64,000 nt of DNA from Candidatus Hydrogenedentales bacterium (GCA_038916785.1 JBCLBO010000001.1:69987-133986); one strand, 5' to 3'. Positions 30,635 through 39,474 are shown, numbered from the stretch's first letter. Notes: generated from the letters alone by a model not told the origin. Program-made: numbers and translations.

Positions 30635-30968
30635 CGATTCCAGCGAACTCCTGGAGACTGTCCGTAAGATTTACGGATTATTGGAACTGCTCGCAGAAGA
30701 AAAGATTGCTCAGTGCGATGCCAAGCAGCGCGCCGAACTTCGCGAGATCGTCGGATCCAGCAAGCCCAAACAAAAATCAATCTTCCTAATGGATGGCACG
30801 CGGAATCAGAAACAAATCCACGAAAAGACATCAGTCAATCGGGGCCATTTGAGCACGATGGTTGGAAAACTACACAAAGCAAAGTTGCTTGTTGGTGACA
30901 CAGCTAAACCTCATTTGGCCATTTCGATACCCTCTACATTTTTTGAAGCCAATGCAAAAACAGAGTGA
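30627..30968 (+). CDS. Small helix + winged-HTH protein, paralog 3
   Basis: LETVRKIYGLLELLAE, MDGTRNQKQI...TSVNRGHLSTMVGKL; 8-nt overlap. Confidence 0.85.
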   Translation: MSDDSSELLETVRKIYGLLELLAEEKIAQCDAKQRAELREIVGSSKPKQKSIFLMDGTRNQKQIHEKTSVNRGHLSTMVGKLHKAKLLVGDTAKPHLAISIPSTFFEANAKTE

Positions 30969-31298
30969 CGACAAGCTGTTGGAAGTACTAGTCGAAATTC
31001 GCAACTGGATTCGCGTGGCGGCGCACGTCCGGTGAAGACTTTGCTCGAAGCAGCGCTTCCCGACTCGAAATCGCGCATGGCATACCAGATGCTCGACGGC
31101 GGCGTGTCAATGGACCAAGTGCGCATCGCTTGCAAGTTGAGCCCGAACGCTTTAGTCGCCATGGCGAACCGCTGCGCCTCAATGGGCCTAATGGAGATCA
31201 ACCACGACAACGACAAGAAGCGCCTTAGGCTCTTCGACTTGGCCGATTTTGGTCTAGTTGGTCTTAGCGAGTCGACTAAATCAGGAGAGAAGTCGTGA
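30952..31298 (+). pseudogene. Small helix + winged-HTH protein, paralog 4, with an apparent 1-nt frameshift near 31027
   Basis: ATG 30952 gives MQKQSDDKLLEVLVEIRNWIRVAAH then a stop at 31033-35; the -1 frame continues PVKTLLEAAL...MLDGGVSMDQV...GLME. Confidence 0.7.
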
Positions 31299-31693
31299 GC
31301 GACAAGCGACTCAAGAAGGATGCGGTCGAGGTCTCGTCACAACCGATTCTAGATGAGCTTGTCGCAATCAAAGATCGTTTGAACGCCATCGAGACGATTC
31401 AGAGTATCTCCAACGCGTCAGTTGTGAGAAAATATGTTGAAGAGCACCTTAAGACAAAGGACGCGAGAAAAATAATGACTGAATGCGAAACACCTCGAAC
31501 TCGCTCCCATTTGCAAACGCATTTCGCTTATAAAAGTGGTCCAGCTCTTGATTATCACCTAAAGCCGCTACGTGAAGCCGACCTATTGCGTCAGGCGATT
31601 GAAGAGCATGGCACCATCGTTTTTGAGTGGAGTAATCTCTTTCGGCGGCTTCCGAAATCTGCGATCAAGGGTATTCTCGCCGGTGGCAATTGA
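31295..31693 (+). CDS. Small helix + winged-HTH protein (ArsR-like HTH), member 5
   Basis: ILDELVAIKDRL, ..PALDYHLKPLREADLL; GTGA overlap, GGAGA RBS. Confidence 0.8.
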   Translation: MSDKRLKKDAVEVSSQPILDELVAIKDRLNAIETIQSISNASVVRKYVEEHLKTKDARKIMTECETPRTRSHLQTHFAYKSGPALDYHLKPLREADLLRQAIEEHGTIVFEWSNLFRRLPKSAIKGILAGGN

Positions 31694-31717
31694 TTCCTGA
31701 CATCCGAGCCCGTAGCT

Positions 31718-32275
31718 ATGGCCAATAAGAAGGCTGAATCGAAACCAAGCGAGCGTAAGAAACTTCCTGTCAAAACGCGCGATCTACTTCTAACCGAATG
31801 CGGCTACCGTTGCGCAGTGCCTACTTGCCGGAACATCCTCGCTTTGGACATGCATCACATCTGGGAAGTGCAAGCAGGCGGCCCTGACGACCCGTCAAAT
31901 CTTATTGCGCTGTGCTCATACTGTCATGACATGTACCATCGCGGCAATATCACTGCCGAATCCGTTTACACTTACAAGGCGATGCTAGTCGCTATTTCGC
32001 GAGCATTCGATATTGATGCCATCGATAGATTGTTGTTCCTGGATTTATGCGCGGAGGACTTACTAGTGGTATCTGGCGACGGTCTGCTGCACTTCGGGCG
32101 TCTAATCGCGGCTGGACTGGCGACCTTTCAGCAAAAGGCGAACAACAACTGGCAGATCGTGACCTACACCGTGAACATTTCAGACAAGGGTCACCAAATC
32201 ATTGACGCTTGGAAACAGGGCGATCGCACGCGACTGAAAACTGTGATGGGCGGGCCGGTGCCGGGCGGGGGTTAA
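31718..32275 (+). CDS. HNH endonuclease (Zn-binding) with a C-terminal extension
   Basis: RCAVPTC...MHHI...GG....NLIALCSYCHDMYH. Confidence 0.92.
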   Translation: MANKKAESKPSERKKLPVKTRDLLLTECGYRCAVPTCRNILALDMHHIWEVQAGGPDDPSNLIALCSYCHDMYHRGNITAESVYTYKAMLVAISRAFDIDAIDRLLFLDLCAEDLLVVSGDGLLHFGRLIAAGLATFQQKANNNWQIVTYTVNISDKGHQIIDAWKQGDRTRLKTVMGGPVPGGG

Positions 32276-32382
32276 CCTGTGTATCTGGGAAGACGCTAAC
32301 CCGGGTCTGAAAGATCATCAAGCGGGCCGCTAGCTACAGCCGGCGCATGTGAACTGCAGTGTCGGGCCGATGGAGAGAGGTC

Positions 32383-32798
32383 ATGAAACGCACTTGGACG
32401 ATCATCGGTGTACGCGACGTGCCGCGTAGCTTCAACTGGTATCAGTTGCTCTTCGGCCAGCCTGAGACACCACCGGGCCATACCTACTTTGGTCAGATCC
32501 TCGATTCGGATGGAACGGTCTTGCTCTGTCTTCACCAATGGGGCGCGCACGAGCACCCGTCGTTGATGATCCCAGATGCGGCGACGCCCGGCAACGGGCT
32601 CCTCTTGTTCTTTCGTGTCGACGATTTCGATAGGGCCCTGAAACGGGACGCGCGCTCGTCGCCCGGTTCGAAGAGGAGCGGCACGTGAACCCGAATACTC
32701 GAACGCAGGAGTTCTCACTCCGGGATCCAGACGGATATTACGTCACCATCAGCGCGTTCTCTTCGCTCGAATTAGAGGGCCCCGGGACGCCGGCCTAA
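32383..32798 (+). pseudogene. VOC/glyoxalase family protein, frameshifted near 32650
   Basis: MKRTWTIIGVRDV..S..WY..LFG...GNGLLLFFRVDDFD/fs/EFSLRDPDGYYVTI; stop TAA lies inside GCCTAAC. Confidence 0.8.
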
Positions 32799-32854
32799 CA
32801 AACGCATGCAGTCGACCCATAAAGTGTAGATCGCATTATGGAGCACCCTGTGCC

Positions 32855-32944
32855 ATGGTCTTTATCGACACATCCAAACTAAAAATCATCGAGCGCAAGC
32901 CCGGCTGGTTCGGCCGCTATTTCCATTCGTCGAACATAACCTGA
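32855..32944 (+). repeat. Direct repeat copy 1 (cupin-like gene 5' fragment)
   Basis: MVFIDTSKLKIIERKPGWFGRYFHSSNIT*; near-identical to 34319-34410. Confidence 0.75.
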
Positions 32945-32952
32945 GCGCCGTA

Positions 32953-34122
32953 TCAAAAAAGATCAACGGTGCCCGACGCGACCTCGCCCCACGGAACAAT
33001 CTCGATGGCGGAAGATAGTCGTCGGCGCTCTTGCGACATTGAAATCACGATACCCCGGCGTAATCCCAAGTCCTTCATGCAGCTTTGCAAGCCTGCCACA
33101 TCGTATTGATTCACCGTCGTGCTTAGCTTGATCTCGATGGCTAAGACCCTCCGCCCGTCGACCACCAGCAAATCGACCTCCGCACCTGCCTGGGTGCGCC
33201 AGAAATAAAACTCCGGCCGGACCAAGCTGCGCGTGGCGAGGCTGATAATTTCCTCGATGACCAAGCCCTCGAACGACGCGCCACGCTTGGGCCAGGTCTT
33301 CAGTTCGTCCGGGCGGCGCAGGCCCGCCAGGAAATGCAGCAGGCCGCTGTCGCGTACGTAGAGTTTGGGGCTCTTCGTCAAGCGCTTCTGCACATTGGCG
33401 AAATACGGCTGAAGACGCCGGATCATGTACGCGCCTTCAAGCACATCCAGGTCGTGCGATACCGTGGGCGATGTGACGGTCAGCGATCGCGCGAGGTCGG
33501 AGACGTTCAACAAATTCCCATGGACGTGTGTGAGCATCGTCCACAGTCTGCGGAGTCGCCGCTGCGGAAGCCCAAGACCGAGCGCGGGAAGGTCCCGCTC
33601 CAGAAACGTCGATACGTACGCGCCAAACCACTCCTGACGTGCACGCGCGTTGCGCAGTGCGTGAATGGGAGGGTACCCGCCCCAGAACCAGCGGTCCGCC
33701 GCGTGCCGGGTTTTCGTCAATTCCATGGACGTAAACGGAGTAAGTTCAAGCAGCGCGATGCGACCCGCAAGCGTCTCTGACACGGACCGCATGAGTTCCG
33801 GGCTGGCGGATCCAAGCAGGACAAACCGGCCCTTCCGCGCCGACCGATCGATCATGTGGCGCAACACCGGGAAGACTTCAGGCAGGCGTTGCGCCTCATC
33901 AAGTATCACTTTGCTCGAATGTTCGTCGAGAAATCCTTCGAGATCGGCCTCCAAAAGCGCTACGTCGGAGGGCCGCTCGAGATCAAGATATGTCCAGTCC
34001 GGAAGTGCGTGGCGCACGAGTGTGCTCTTCCCGCACTGGCGCGGACCCAGCAGAAGCACCGCCGGGAAGTCGCGCAGTAGCTGGCGAAGGCGATCGACCT
34101 GATATCGGGAGATGTATCGCAT
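32953..34122 (-). CDS. AAA_14 ATPase with DUF4143 and a C-terminal PD-(D/E)xK-like domain
   Basis: GPRQCGKST, ILDEAQ, LLGSAS, ETLAGR, GGYP, KSPKLY..DSG, FWRT..GAEVDL...IEIK. Confidence 0.93.
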   Translation of the reverse strand: MRYISRYQVDRLRQLLRDFPAVLLLGPRQCGKSTLVRHALPDWTYLDLERPSDVALLEADLEGFLDEHSSKVILDEAQRLPEVFPVLRHMIDRSARKGRFVLLGSASPELMRSVSETLAGRIALLELTPFTSMELTKTRHAADRWFWGGYPPIHALRNARARQEWFGAYVSTFLERDLPALGLGLPQRRLRRLWTMLTHVHGNLLNVSDLARSLTVTSPTVSHDLDVLEGAYMIRRLQPYFANVQKRLTKSPKLYVRDSGLLHFLAGLRRPDELKTWPKRGASFEGLVIEEIISLATRSLVRPEFYFWRTQAGAEVDLLVVDGRRVLAIEIKLSTTVNQYDVAGLQSCMKDLGLRRGIVISMSQERRRLSSAIEIVPWGEVASGTVDLF

Positions 34123-34318
34123 ACCTTGTATTATTATACATTAACTTTTAAAATGCAAGGTATGTTTTTGGCGAGAGAACCTTGAAATTCCGAGGGCGAC
34201 CTTCGAATTTTCAAGGTTCACAAGTACCCACTAACGGCGGCAAACCCTCTATTTCGGTCGACTTTCAGAGAGGCGCGGCACTGTATATGTTGTAGACCGG
34301 CGTACGGAGCTCTGCCGC

Positions 34319-34440
34319 ATGCCCTTCATCAACACATCCAAACTAAAAGTCATCGAGCGCAAGCCCGGCTGGTTCGGGCGCTACTTCCATTCGCCGAGCA
34401 TGACCTTCGTGCATTAGGAGTTGAGAAGGGATCGCATCCA
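34319..34440 (+). pseudogene. Direct repeat copy 2, cupin-like gene remnant
   Basis: MPFINTSKLKVIERKPGWFGRYFHSPSMTFVH* then decays. Confidence 0.65.
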
Positions 34441-34998
34441 GCGCTACCTTGAAATCTCGAAGGACGCCGCCGAAATTTCAAGGTACCCGTTTTCGATGGT
34501 TTTCCGGAACTGGCTCTCATAAAAGCCGTTCTCACGTCGCGGTCCGCCCCGCGCCAAACAGCCCCAGCCTCACACGGGTGGGGCGGGCGTCCTCGCCCGC
34601 CTTGAATCCCTGCCTCAGGGGACCCGCGCAAGTGCGGCAAATCCTTGTTGCACTTTTGAGCGCGCTTTCACAGTTTCGCCAATCAAATTACCCTTGTTCC
34701 GCGCTCTCAACAGGAACGCGGCCTTCGACGATGTTCGACGCACATTTTCGCGCCCCATTGTTTCCCAGCGTCCGCGCCGGCTCGCCCACCCTTGTTCCGC
34801 ACCTCGTCATTTCCCGTCAGTTCCCCAGTGCAACAAGCCGCCCACTCTATAGAGGACGTCACGCGGGCCACGATGCCCGCGCCACCTACTTTCTTTCTGA
34901 GTAGAAAGAAAGTAGGCAAAGAAAGACTGGTTCGCAGACCGATCGCGGGTGGGCGCAAAGAGCGAGATGCTTCGCTGCTAAGAAAGTAGTGGGTCGTT

Positions 34999-35069
34999 GT
35001 AGGGGCGGCCCCCTGTGGCCGCCCTGGGACTCCGGCGTGCACCGGGCGGGGACGGGGCCCCGCCCCCAC
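34999..35069. repeat. REP doublet (GTAG/GTGG-footed palindromes)
   Basis: GTAGGGGCGGCCCCCTGTGGCCGCCCT, nearly identical to 40701-40727, plus an inverted related unit. Confidence 0.75.
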
Positions 35070-35185
35070 GATCGCGGGGTACGCTTTCTTGACACAAACT
35101 CCGGCGATGGCCGGTGCGGAACTCAGAACGACAAAAACCAGGGAGGATCACGGACTATCGTTGCAGGCTATGTCAGTGGGATGTG

Positions 35186-35217
35186 ATCCGTCAAATCCGT
35201 GTCGATCCGTGGCTAAA
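35186..35217 (-). repeat. Right imperfect inverted repeat bounding the island
   Basis: ATCCGTCAAATCCGTGTCGATCCGTGGCTAAA. Confidence 0.8.
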
Positions 35218-35275
35218 ACGCGGTTGACCTTATCCACATCCAACCGTATCCATCGGCGGATGGGTATCGGTTTCG

Positions 35276-36586
35276 TCAGGTTTTCGGCCAGGTTTCGCGT
35301 GCGTGCTCGATCGCCTGCTCGCGAGATGTGAGTGTGCCTTCGAGTTGGAGGTCTTCAATGGTACGGAGGATTTCGGCAAATTTTGGGCCTGGCGCGTAGC
35401 CGAGCGCGATGAGATCGTCGCCGGTGAGTAGCGGCGTGGGGCGGACCTCCTCGGGGCCGAGGCTGGCGGCGCGATCGCGCAGCCACTCGTAGGTGTCCAT
35501 GCGGCGGTGGCTGGAGGCGCAGTCGATGCGGAAGAGTTCGAGGAGTTCCGGAAAACCTTCCTCGCGGATAAGGCGCTTGAGTTTGCTCTCGCGCATCTCG
35601 CGCGCGGCCGACACGCGCATGTGTTGCGCGACGAGCCACACGACGCGGTCCGCCTCCGCGTTCGACAGCCGCAGCCGCGCGCAGATATCGGCGGCCATCG
35701 TGGCGCCGACTTTTTCGTGGCCGTTGAATCGGATGCGGTCCTCGAAGGTCTGCGTGCGCGGCTTGCCGACGTCGTGCAGGAGCACGCCGAGCGCGAGCGT
35801 CGCTGTCGGCGCGTCGAGCAGGTCGAGCATCTTCAGGGTGTGTACGAAGACGTCGCCTTCGGGGTGATACTCCGGCGGCTGCTCGACCCCTTTCATCGCG
35901 GAGATTTCCGGCAGGAGCTGCGGCAGGAGGCCCGATTCGGCGAGCAGCATGAACCCGCGGTGCGCGTGGGGCTGCGTGAGAATGCGCAGCAATTCGTCGC
36001 GCACGCGCTCCGGGCTGGTCTTTTTGATGAGGTGGGCGAGTTCCTTTAGCGCGGCGTAGGTCTCGGGGTCGATTTCAAAGTCCAGCTTTGATGCGAAGCG
36101 TACGCAACGGAGCAGCCGCAGGTGGTCCTCCATGAAACGGTCGCGCGGCACGCCGACCGCGCGGATGACCTGCTTCGCCAGGTCGTCCCGCCCGCCGGCG
36201 TAATCGATCACTTCGTTCTTGATCGGATCGAAGAAGAGCGCGTTCACCGTGAAATCGCGGCGCAGCGCGTCTTGCTGTTCGCCGCGGAACTCGACCGACA
36301 CCGGGCGGCGGCCGTCGAGGTAGGGGCCGTCCCAGCGGAAGGTCGCCACTTCGATTTGCACCTCGCCGAGCTGGACGATCTGCACACCGAAGGCCTTGCC
36401 GACGCCGATCACGCGCTTGAACAGCCGTTCGACTTCGTCCGGCTTGGCGGATGTGGCGACATCGAAGTCTTTCGGATGCCCGCCGAGCAGTTCATCGCGC
36501 ACGCAGCCGCCCGCGAAGAGCGCGCGATGGCCCGCGCGGGCCAGTGTCTGGCAGACGCTAAGCGCGGCCTCGCGTGCGGTACTCAC
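35276..36586 (-). CDS. cca: CCA tRNA nucleotidyltransferase with HD domain
   Basis: AGGCVRD, DFDVAT, EVATFR, RRDFTVNA, EDHLRLLR, HPEGDVFVHT, LHDVGK; GTG start overlapping the upstream stop. Confidence 0.92.
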   Translation of the reverse strand: MSTAREAALSVCQTLARAGHRALFAGGCVRDELLGGHPKDFDVATSAKPDEVERLFKRVIGVGKAFGVQIVQLGEVQIEVATFRWDGPYLDGRRPVSVEFRGEQQDALRRDFTVNALFFDPIKNEVIDYAGGRDDLAKQVIRAVGVPRDRFMEDHLRLLRCVRFASKLDFEIDPETYAALKELAHLIKKTSPERVRDELLRILTQPHAHRGFMLLAESGLLPQLLPEISAMKGVEQPPEYHPEGDVFVHTLKMLDLLDAPTATLALGVLLHDVGKPRTQTFEDRIRFNGHEKVGATMAADICARLRLSNAEADRVVWLVAQHMRVSAAREMRESKLKRLIREEGFPELLELFRIDCASSHRRMDTYEWLRDRAASLGPEEVRPTPLLTGDDLIALGYAPGPKFAEILRTIEDLQLEGTLTSREQAIEHARETWPKT

Positions 36587-39195
36587 GATTGCGGCGCGTC
36601 CTGCGAGGACTGCTCGCCCGCGGATGCGGCGTCCGCCTCGCCGCGCAACGCCTTCGCTTCGCGCATTCGCCTCAGGTGCCGCGCGCGGTATTCTGAATAG
36701 CCCCAGTAGATCAGCGCGCCGGGCACGGTCAGCGCAAAGACGGTGAGGAAGCGTGGAATCAGCGCGAGCCTCGATAGATCGTGCAACAACACTCGCCCGA
36801 CTACGAAGCCCATGTAGACAATGAGCGCGGCCCAACGATATCGACGCTCCCAGAACACCAACCCGAGCAGCATCGCGGCGAGCGCGCCGCCGAGCCAGTA
36901 CAGGGTGAGCGAGCGCTCCGGCGCCCAGCGCCAGAGCCCCAGCAGGCCGATCATGACGGCAATCACAACGATGGCGCTACGCAGCAGGTCCGCCCACGGG
37001 CCATAGCGGCCGTACTTGCGCTCCCAGAGCAGGCAGGCGCGCTCGGCCGTCGCGTAGAACAGCATCGCGGCGACGAGTCCACCGAGCACGCCGCGGTCGC
37101 CGTGGTGATCGAGGGCGGGGTCGAGCAAGTAGCGCGCGTAGCTCCACGAGGCCAGGCTCAGCGTGAGTACGCCGCCGAAGCGCAGGCCCGCCAGCTTCGT
37201 CGCGCTGCCGGAGAAGAGCATGAAGACGGCGAGGCCAAGTCCGCCGACGGCAGTGATCGACGCGTCCAAGCGCCGCTCGGCGAGCGTAAATAACATCAAC
37301 ACCGCGGCCATGAAGGGAATCGACGCCATGGCGTCGTGCTCCCATTGCGTGCCGCCCTGGATGCGGCGCAGGTAACGCTCCCAGAGGTATCCGCCGGCGA
37401 AGGTCAGCAGCGCGACGCTGAGCGCGTAAGGCACGAAGAACGGTTGATTCTCGAAGCCGGGCACGTTGAGGACGAGGAAGGTGTGGTAGCACGCGTGCGA
37501 GCCGATGAGCAGGAGCACGCTGGCGACCTCGACTTGTGGCGCGGCGAGAATGAGGCCGACGAGCGCCATAAGGATGCCCTCGCCGGCGAGGAGGAAGGGC
37601 ATGCGCGGGTCGCTGCCGAGATCGAGAATGGTGATCGCCATCAGCGCGAGCGCGGCCGCGCTCGCGTGGAGGAGCGCCATGGCCCAGCCGGAAGCGTCGA
37701 GCCGGGTGTCGGCGAGGAACCATTGCCCCTTTACCTCGCGGCGCTCCGGCGGCAGCTTGACGACGTAGTGGTGATAGAACCATGCGATGATGCACCACAC
37801 GAAGGCCGTGCCAACGGACGAGAACCATCGCGCCGGCATGACGTAGCCGAGGACCTCGACTTCGCGGTCTGACGGAATCGCCAGCAGGCAGCCCGCCAGT
37901 GTGATCAGGAGCAGGCCCTGGCCGAAGAGTTTGAAGATCACCAGACGGCTGCGGCGGTAGGACAGCGCGAGCCCGAGGCACTCCACGGACATCGCGACGA
38001 GCAGCCACTCGTGCGAGAGGTAGGACTGGAGCGCCAGAGTGAATACGATGAAGGCCTTCGCGGCGAAAATCTGGAAGAGATAGTTTCGCGGCTGGCCGGC
38101 GAAATTCGCGTAGGCTGCGAACACCATGAACATCGCCGTCTGGACGAAGCGGAAGGCCCACTCGACGTCCGGATAATGGGCGCGGACGGACAGCCACGTG
38201 AGCGCGAGGTAGACGAAAGAGTTCACGCCCGCCATCGGCGCGACGGTCCGCCGATACTCGCCGGTCCGGTGCGCGTCGGTCACGCAGGCGATCGAGAATA
38301 CCCCGAAGATCAGCGTGAGGAAGGCGTTCGAAATCCAGAAATATTGGTCCTCGGTGACGTCCAGCTCCAGCGGCCGCACTACGAAGAAATAGACGTACGT
38401 GATTTGCGTCGCGATGAGCGCGGCCCAGGTGAAGATGAGCCAGCGGTGCGTGAGGTGAAAGACGAGCGCGATGATCGCCACGACGGAGCAGGTGACGAGG
38501 GCGTAGACAATGTTGTCCTGGGTGAGGCTGTCGGCGAGACTCAACACGACCGTGTAATAAATGAGGAAGAGAGAGATGCCGGCGGCCGCCTCGCTGCGGC
38601 GGACGTGCGTGATCACCGCCACGAGGATCAGCGCCGCCGCCAGCACGCCGATGCCGAGCCGCGGGTCGTCGAACAACTGCGTCGTTTGAAGGAAGAAGGC
38701 GGCGTAGGTCGTGAAGTAGAGCGCCGCGAGGCCGCAGCCGAGCACGGTCTGCGGAAAGAGGTTTTCATCGCGCCGCCTGAGAAGCCCGTAGGTGACTGCG
38801 CCAGCCGCGATCGCGTATCCCAGCCCGATTTTCCAAATGGCGCCCAGCGTGTCGTCCTGCACCGTGATCATCGCGCCGAGGACGAAGAGGGTCATGAACA
38901 GCACGGCGACGATGCGCCCGAGCCAGATGCCGCCGACGCGCGACTCGAAGGACTCGCCCTCCTCGCCGCCGATCGCGCGGCCGACCGCTTCGCGCACGCC
39001 CTCCGACAGCGGAGGCTTCACCGGGCGCGGCTGACGTGGTCGGCGCTTGCGCGGGGTGGTGTCCTCCGCGGGGACTTGGTTTTCCGGTTTCGAGAGCAGG
39101 ATTTCGACGAGGCCCGAAAGCTCGCGCACTTGCGCCTCGAGATCCCCGATCCGGTGATGGTCGTCGCCCGGTTTCTGTGGCGATTCGTTGGCCAA
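36583..39195 (-). CDS. Large polytopic membrane protein (DUF2339-like)
   Basis: ESRVGGIWLGRI motif followed by about 20 hydrophobic segments. Confidence 0.8.
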   Translation of the reverse strand: MANESPQKPGDDHHRIGDLEAQVRELSGLVEILLSKPENQVPAEDTTPRKRRPRQPRPVKPPLSEGVREAVGRAIGGEEGESFESRVGGIWLGRIVAVLFMTLFVLGAMITVQDDTLGAIWKIGLGYAIAAGAVTYGLLRRRDENLFPQTVLGCGLAALYFTTYAAFFLQTTQLFDDPRLGIGVLAAALILVAVITHVRRSEAAAGISLFLIYYTVVLSLADSLTQDNIVYALVTCSVVAIIALVFHLTHRWLIFTWAALIATQITYVYFFVVRPLELDVTEDQYFWISNAFLTLIFGVFSIACVTDAHRTGEYRRTVAPMAGVNSFVYLALTWLSVRAHYPDVEWAFRFVQTAMFMVFAAYANFAGQPRNYLFQIFAAKAFIVFTLALQSYLSHEWLLVAMSVECLGLALSYRRSRLVIFKLFGQGLLLITLAGCLLAIPSDREVEVLGYVMPARWFSSVGTAFVWCIIAWFYHHYVVKLPPERREVKGQWFLADTRLDASGWAMALLHASAAALALMAITILDLGSDPRMPFLLAGEGILMALVGLILAAPQVEVASVLLLIGSHACYHTFLVLNVPGFENQPFFVPYALSVALLTFAGGYLWERYLRRIQGGTQWEHDAMASIPFMAAVLMLFTLAERRLDASITAVGGLGLAVFMLFSGSATKLAGLRFGGVLTLSLASWSYARYLLDPALDHHGDRGVLGGLVAAMLFYATAERACLLWERKYGRYGPWADLLRSAIVVIAVMIGLLGLWRWAPERSLTLYWLGGALAAMLLGLVFWERRYRWAALIVYMGFVVGRVLLHDLSRLALIPRFLTVFALTVPGALIYWGYSEYRARHLRRMREAKALRGEADAASAGEQSSQDAPQS

Positions 39196-39301
39196 TCGCG
39201 GCCCCCAAGTCCTGTCGCTACCGTATCTTAGGTCTTAAACATTATACTGATCGCGTGGATCGTGTGCGAAGCCGAATCGCGCCCGTCAGGATTCCTACCC
39301 T

Positions 39302-39460
39302 ATGCTGCATTTTGTCGCCATCCTCGTCATGATCGCGGGCCTCGGCGCGTCTTTCCTCACGTACATCGGAACGATGCACTACGGCGCGTTGAGCACTTGG
39401 CTCATCGTCGCCGGCGTCGGTATCGCAGTGACCGTCTTCACGCGGCGTTCGGGCGATTGA
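39302..39460 (+). CDS. Small 52-aa two-TM membrane protein (not in the ORF track)
   Basis: MLHFVAILVMIAGLGASFLTYIGTMHYGALSTWLIVAGVGIAVTVFTRRSGD*; host-like codon usage; ends 14 nt before hemE. Confidence 0.65.
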   Translation: MLHFVAILVMIAGLGASFLTYIGTMHYGALSTWLIVAGVGIAVTVFTRRSGD

Positions 39461-39474
39461 GCGGACCCCGCAGC

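Noticed and set aside
29958-31693. HTH array as prophage or IS genes
   Set aside because: No integrase, DDE transposase or phage structural genes nearby; the proteins are mutual paralogs
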